42,808 nt of DNA from Clostridiales bacterium (GTDB lineage: Bacteria; Bacillota; Sulfobacillia; DYIH01; JBBIPI01), in the NCBI GenBank assembly GCA_037442985.1, contig JBBIPI010000001.1, positions 1-42,808 of the forward strand, written 5' to 3'. Below, piece by piece: positions 38,360 to 42,808 of the stretch; the first letter of the stretch is position 1; each line of letters opens with the position of its first letter. Below the pieces are notes generated by a model that had not been told where the DNA came from, searched no databases, and saw nothing but the letters and a program-made list of their open reading frames with translations. The translations under genes and the position numbers were made by a program.

Positions 38360-40861
38360 GTGGAAGACCGCTACGACTTCCGGGCCGTGGAGGCCAAGTG
38401 GCAGGGGCGCTGGGAAGCCTCTGGCCTCTATAGCCGCGGGCACGATCCCTCCCGACCCAAGTTCTACTGTCTGGAAATGTTCCCCTATCCGTCTGGCAAC
38501 CTGCACATGGGTCACGTGCGCAACTACTCCATCGGCGACGTGGTGGCGCGCTTCTACACCATGAACGGCTACAACGTGCTGCACCCGATGGGCTGGGACG
38601 CCTTCGGCCTGCCGGCGGAGAACGCCGCCATCCAGCGGGGGGTGCACCCGGCCGACTGGACCTACGCCAACATCGCCACCATGCGCTCGCAGCTTAAGGG
38701 GCTGGGCATGAGCTACGACTGGGGGCGAGAGTTCGCCACCTGCGACCCGGAGTACTACCGCTGGACCCAGTGGCTCTTCCTGCTGCTCTACCGCCGGGGC
38801 CTGGCCTACCGCAAGAAGGCGCCGGTGAACTGGTGCCCGAGTTGCACCACGGTGCTGGCCAACGAACAGGTCATCGACGGCGCCTGCTGGCGCTGCAAGA
38901 GCCAGGTGGAGAAGCGCGACCTGGAGCAGTGGTTCTTCCGCATCACCGCCTACGCCGACCGTCTGCTGCGGGACCTGGAGCTCCTCGGGGGTTGGCCGGA
39001 GAAGGTGCGGGTGATGCAGCAGAACTGGATCGGCCGCAGCGAGGGCGTGGAGATCACCTTCCCCGTCGAGGCGCGGCGGGAGGGGATCACCGTCTTCACC
39101 ACCCGTGCCGACACCGTCTTCGGGGTGACCGCCCTCGTCCTGGCCCCGGAGCACCCGCTCGTCGAGGAGCTCATCGCCGGCCGCGGCGACGAGCTCGCCG
39201 TTCAGGTGCGCGCCTTCGCCCGGCGCCTGGCCGACCTGGGGGAGCGGGAGCGCACGGAGATGGAAAAGGAGGGCGTCCCCACCGGGGCTTATGCCGTCAA
39301 CCCCCTGAGCGGGGAGCGGGTGCCCATCTGGGTGGCCAACTACGTGCTCATGGAGTACGGCACCGGCGCCGTCATGGTGGTGCCGGCCCACGACCAGCGC
39401 GACCTGGAGTTCGCGCGCAAGTACGGCCTGCCGGTGAAGGTGGTGGTCAGGCCTGCCGACGCCTCCCTCCCCGAGGGGCCCGCAGGGGACGGTCTCCAGG
39501 AGGCGTTCGAGGACGACGGGGTGCTGGTGAACTCCGGGCCCTACAGCGGCCTGTCCAGCGCCGCGGCGCGGGAGCAGATCGCCCGGGACGTGACCGCCCG
39601 GGGGATCGGCCGCAAGGCGGTGAACTACCGGCTCCGGGACTGGCTCATCTCCCGGCAGCGCTACTGGGGCGCCCCCATCCCCGTGGTCTACTGCGACGCC
39701 TGCGGCATCGTCCCCGTCCCCGAGGAGCGGCTGCCGGTGCTGCTGCCGCGGCAGGTGGACTTCACCCCCACCGGCGGCTCGCCCCTGGCCCGCAACGAGG
39801 ACTTCGTCCGCACCGACTGCCCCTCCTGCGGCCGGCCCGCCCGGCGCGAGACGGACACCATGGACACGTTCATGTGCTCCTCGTGGTACTACTTCCGTTT
39901 CGCCTCGCCCCGCTGCGAGACGGCTCCCTTCGACCGGGACGAGGTGGCCTACTGGCTGCCGGTGGACCAGTACATCGGAGGGGTGGAGCACGCCGTCCTC
40001 CACCTCCTCTACTCCCGCTTCTTCACGAAGGTGCTCTACGACGCCGGGTTGGTGCCCTTCGTCGAGCCGTTCACCAACCTGCTGACCCAGGGCATGGTCA
40101 CCCTGGGCGGAGCCGCCATGTCCAAGTCCCGGGGGAACATCGTCAGCCCTGACGACATCGTGCGCCGCTACGGCGCCGACACGGCCCGCCTCTTCATACT
40201 GTTTGCCGCGCCGCCCGAGAAGGACCTGGAGTGGAGCGACCAGGGGGTCGAGGGGTGCCATCGCTTCCTGCAGCGGGTCTGGCGGCTGGTGACCGGGATT
40301 GTGCGCGACTTCGCGGCGCCGGTGGGCGGGTGGGGCGGGGCCGCCGGCGACGGGACGGCGGGTACCGCCTTGCGCCGGGCGCTCCACCGCACCATCAAGA
40401 AGGTGGGCGACGACATCCGGGAGCGGTTCAACTTCAACACCGCCATCAGCGCCGTCATGGAGCTGGTCAACGAGGCCTACCGGTACCGCGAGTCCGTGCC
40501 CCGGCAGGAGCAGGACGGCGCCCTCCTGCGCGAGCTGGCCGAGAAGCTGACCCTGCTCCTGGCCCCCTTCGCCCCCCATCTGGCCGAGGAGCTGTGGGAG
40601 ATGCTGGGCCACAGGGAGAGCGTCCACCTGCAGGCCTGGCCCGCCTACGACCCGGCCGCCCTGGTGGCGGAGAGGATCACCATCGTCCTCCAGGTGGACG
40701 GCAAGGTGCGGGGCCGCCTGGAGGTGGAGGCCGACGCCCCGCGCGAACGGCTAGAGGAGGCGGCGCTGGCCCACGAGCGCGTCCGTGCCTTCACCAGAGG
40801 CCGCGAGATCGCCCAGGTGGTCGTCGTCCCCGGCCGCCTGGTCAACGTGGTCACCCGCTGA
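38360..40861 (+). CDS. leuS: leucine-tRNA ligase
   Basis: 833 aa with the HIGH-type motif [15 protein letters not shown], the CP1 editing domain, and a KMSKS-type motif (AMSKSRGN). GTG start 9 nt after AAGGGG. Confidence 0.97.
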   Translation: MEDRYDFRAVEAKWQGRWEASGLYSRGHDPSRPKFYCLEMFPYPSGNLHMGHVRNYSIGDVVARFYTMNGYNVLHPMGWDAFGLPAENAAIQRGVHPADWTYANIATMRSQLKGLGMSYDWGREFATCDPEYYRWTQWLFLLLYRRGLAYRKKAPVNWCPSCTTVLANEQVIDGACWRCKSQVEKRDLEQWFFRITAYADRLLRDLELLGGWPEKVRVMQQNWIGRSEGVEITFPVEARREGITVFTTRADTVFGVTALVLAPEHPLVEELIAGRGDELAVQVRAFARRLADLGERERTEMEKEGVPTGAYAVNPLSGERVPIWVANYVLMEYGTGAVMVVPAHDQRDLEFARKYGLPVKVVVRPADASLPEGPAGDGLQEAFEDDGVLVNSGPYSGLSSAAAREQIARDVTARGIGRKAVNYRLRDWLISRQRYWGAPIPVVYCDACGIVPVPEERLPVLLPRQVDFTPTGGSPLARNEDFVRTDCPSCGRPARRETDTMDTFMCSSWYYFRFASPRCETAPFDRDEVAYWLPVDQYIGGVEHAVLHLLYSRFFTKVLYDAGLVPFVEPFTNLLTQGMVTLGGAAMSKSRGNIVSPDDIVRRYGADTARLFILFAAPPEKDLEWSDQGVEGCHRFLQRVWRLVTGIVRDFAAPVGGWGGAAGDGTAGTALRRALHRTIKKVGDDIRERFNFNTAISAVMELVNEAYRYRESVPRQEQDGALLRELAEKLTLLLAPFAPHLAEELWEMLGHRESVHLQAWPAYDPAALVAERITIVLQVDGKVRGRLEVEADAPRERLEEAALAHERVRAFTRGREIAQVVVVPGRLVNVVTR

Positions 40862-40873
40862 GCCGCCGCGGCG

Positions 40874-41566
40874 TCACCCCCGGATCTGGTCCGGCTCTCT
40901 GGCGTCGCCGCGCCACCGGCGCCGCGCCTCTTGGAGCAGGTCATGGGCCGTGCGGGTCGGCTCGGGCAGGCGATGGCCCTTGAGGCAACTCCGCACGAGG
41001 GCGGTCGCCGTGTCCACACCGATGCGGTGGCCGGGGGAGATGAACAGCAGCGCCCGGCCGCGCAGCGGCCGGAGCACCGTCCCCAGCACGGCGCCGTCGG
41101 GGGCGGTCAGGGGAGCCGTGGCGCCCGGCTCGCCGGGCGGCTCCCGGAAGGTGCCGTACAGGTGCGCCTTGGCGCAGCCTACGGCCACCTCCCCGGTCAA
41201 CACCCCGAAGTGGGCGGCCAGACCGAGCCCCCGGGGGTGGGCGATCCCCTGGGCGTCGAGGAGGTAGACGTCCGCCCGCCCGCGCACCCGCTCGTACGCC
41301 TGCAGCAGCAAGGGCAGTTCCCGGTAGGCCAGGAAGCCGGGGACGTAGGGGAAGGAGACCTCGCCCTCCACCACGATCCCGTCGAGGAGTTCGAGGCTCG
41401 GGTAGGCATGGAGGGTGAGGCAGGCCAGGCCGCGGGTGCGGGCCCGCCGCGCCTCGAGGAAGGTGACGTCGCCCCCGGCGACGACGCGGATGGTGCCGGG
41501 ATCGAAGTCGTCGTGGAGCACCAGGCGTCGCCGCAGCTCCGCCTGCTCCCTGGCCAGTTCCGCCAT
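40874..41566 (-). CDS. nfi: endonuclease V (deoxyinosine 3' endonuclease)
   Basis: 230 aa with VAGGDVTF..., FPYVPGFLAYRELPLLL, DAQGIAHPRGLGLAAHFGVL and VGCAKAHL. Convergent with leuS across a 12-nt gap. Confidence 0.9.
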   Translation of the reverse strand: MAELAREQAELRRRLVLHDDFDPGTIRVVAGGDVTFLEARRARTRGLACLTLHAYPSLELLDGIVVEGEVSFPYVPGFLAYRELPLLLQAYERVRGRADVYLLDAQGIAHPRGLGLAAHFGVLTGEVAVGCAKAHLYGTFREPPGEPGATAPLTAPDGAVLGTVLRPLRGRALLFISPGHRIGVDTATALVRSCLKGHRLPEPTRTAHDLLQEARRRWRGDAREPDQIRG

Positions 41567-41760
41567 ATCCCCGCGCGTGGACTGTCCCCCCCTTGCTGCA
41601 CCCCAGTCTAGCAGCTCGCGCCCGCACCGACACGTTTCACCTCCAAGGCCAGGGCTCCGCCGCGCACGCCGGGCTGGGCGTCACGCGCCGGGCCCTCGCC
41701 GCCCGCGAGGGTGGCAAGAGACCCGCCCTTGCCCTCCCGATCCTATATCCCAAAAATTGG

Positions 41761-41790
41761 TTGCAAAACACACTTTTGTGTGGCAATATA
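41761..41790 (+). promoter_or_regulatory. candidate comEA promoter (TTGCAA-17/18-CAATAT/AATATA) containing an interrupted palindrome
   Basis: TTGCAA at 41761-41766 and CAATAT at 41784-41789. The spacer holds TTGC-AAAA-CACAC-TTTT-GTGTG-GCAA, in which CACAC/GTGTG and TTGC/GCAA pair. AAAA-N5-TTTT lies at 41765-41777. Confidence 0.35.
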
Positions 41791-41812
41791 TGTCAGGAGG
41801 GAATCTCGGCCC

Positions 41813-42565
41813 ATGTACCCGACGGCGCGCCAGCGCGCTGCGGCGCTGCTCCTGTTCGCCTTGGTCCTGGTGGGGACGGCGGCTGTCGTCTGGCGGGGCG
41901 AGAGCGGTGCGGGACAGCGCCGGGTCGGGGAGGCCGGCGGCGAGCGGCTGTCCCAGGGGCGTGCGGAGGGCGGGTCGCCCGGGGCGGGGGGCCCTTCCCC
42001 GACGGGTGGGGAGGCCGGCGGCCCGGCTCCCAGGCAGAGCCTGTCGGAGGCGGAAGCCTATGGCGTGGCGAAGCCAGGGCGGGAGGCCGGGCGCCTGGTG
42101 GTGCACGTCGTCGGGTCGGTGGCGCGGGCCGGGGTCTACGACCTCCCGGCCGGCTCGCGGGTGGTGGACGCCCTGGCGGCGGCAGGGGGTCCGGCGGCCG
42201 GCGCCCGCCCCGACCTGATCAACCTGGCGGCCCCGCTGGAGGACGGGCAGCGCGTGTACGTCCCGTCGGAAAAGGACGCCCGCACCCTCTTCTCCAGCGG
42301 CGCGGCCCCGTGGGAGGAGGTGGCCGCCGGCGGACCGGGCGGGGGCGGCGCCGGTGCGACCGGCCGGCCTTCCAGGGTGGACGTCAACCGGGCGGGCGTG
42401 GCGGAGCTGGACACCCTGCCGGGCATCGGCCCCAGCCTGGAGCGGCGCATCGTCGACTACCGCCAGGCCCACGGCCCCTTTCGCCGGGTCGAGGATCTCC
42501 TGCGGGTCCCCGGCATCGGGCCGAGCAAGCTGGAGCAACTCAGGCCGCACGTGACGCTCCGCTGA
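41813..42565 (+). CDS. comEA: competence protein ComEA (membrane anchor + SLBB domain + tandem helix-hairpin-helix DNA-binding domain)
   Basis: N-terminal TM (AAALLLFALVLVGTAAVVW), SLBB (LVVHVVGSVARAGVYDLPAGSRVVDALAAAGG) and HhH (VDVNRAGVAELDTLPGIGPSLERRIVDYR...LLRVPGIGPSKLEQL). ATG at 41813 lies 10 nt after CAGGAGGGA. The track start at 41711 is an extension. Confidence 0.88.
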   Translation: MYPTARQRAAALLLFALVLVGTAAVVWRGESGAGQRRVGEAGGERLSQGRAEGGSPGAGGPSPTGGEAGGPAPRQSLSEAEAYGVAKPGREAGRLVVHVVGSVARAGVYDLPAGSRVVDALAAAGGPAAGARPDLINLAAPLEDGQRVYVPSEKDARTLFSSGAAPWEEVAAGGPGGGGAGATGRPSRVDVNRAGVAELDTLPGIGPSLERRIVDYRQAHGPFRRVEDLLRVPGIGPSKLEQLRPHVTLR

Positions 42566-42808
42566 CGGCGGTGCCGATCGCGAAACCCGGCCGCCTGCGC
42601 CCGCTCCCGCCGGGCGGAACCCGGTGCGATCCGGTTCTGGCCGGTTGTCTCCTCTTAGGTGTATAGTGAAGCCAAAGGGGGTCCGACTTCGACAGCTGCT
42701 AGGCACGGAATAGGGCAGGAGAGCTAGAGCCGCAAGGCGTGCGGGCGCAGCCGGCGTGATACGCGTGTATCTATGCGCTCTTCTCGTCGGGGTGGGTGGC
42801 GGGGGACT

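Noticed and set aside
40941-41633. Minus-strand ORF starting at GTG 41633 behind a GGAGGTG SD-like sequence and overlapping nfi in another frame
   Set aside because: The translation is Arg/Gly/Pro-rich with no motifs, and the SD-to-GTG spacing is only 4 nt. The nfi frame carries clear endonuclease V motifs.
42679-42808. Possible tmRNA (ssrA) or RNase P RNA 5' end after comEA
   Set aside because: The GGGG...UUCGAC spacing is shorter than in tmRNAs I know, and no plausible tag reading frame ending in an Ala-Ala stop is visible. The universal RNase P GGAAAGUCC motif is interrupted (AAAGGGGGUCC). The 3' pairing partners lie outside the window. It is kept only as a low-interest note.

Overview
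This is a very GC-rich chromosomal segment (about 70% by eye, not computed) with Firmicutes-type gene order. It is almost entirely housekeeping and densely packed, and many gene junctions share start and stop bases. Gene order: a family-5 solute-binding protein plus a COG4586/4587/3694-type ABC-2 transporter; gatCAB; a RumA-type rRNA methyltransferase; DUF1657 (-); queG; a YfcE-type phosphoesterase; a FapA/DUF342 protein; acs; a visibly lower-GC single-gene insert encoding a Schlafen-like AlbA_2/HATPase_c_4 (COG2865) protein (-) beside a DsbA-like gene remnant; a minus-strand operon of phosphoribulokinase plus split transketolase facing a plus-strand NuoF-like flavoprotein-rpe pair; an 11-gene nuoABCDHIJKLMN operon with no nuoEFG and with sfsA coupled to its end; a 35-aa zinc-ribbon ORF absent from the ORF track; rplU-prp-rpmA; a textbook terminator; Spo0B-like-obg-nadD-yqeK-LCP-rsfS; tRNA-Ala(GGC); leuS; nfi (-); comEA. 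I saw no CRISPR array, rRNA, transposase or integrase. AT-rich promoter hexamers stand out against the GC background, so several are called. Most long antisense or alternate-frame ORFs in the track are GC artefacts. The best candidates for something new are: (1) the prk/transketolase/NuoF-like/rpe/11-subunit nuo neighbourhood; (2) the Spo0B-like phosphotransferase between rpmA and obg; (3) the COG2865 insert, which has an intact promoter, SD and GTG followed by an in-frame TAG at codon 5; (4) an SBP translationally coupled to an exporter-type ABC-2 system; (5) the unannotated zinc-ribbon mini-ORF. All family assignments rest on motif recognition by eye, since no database search was possible.
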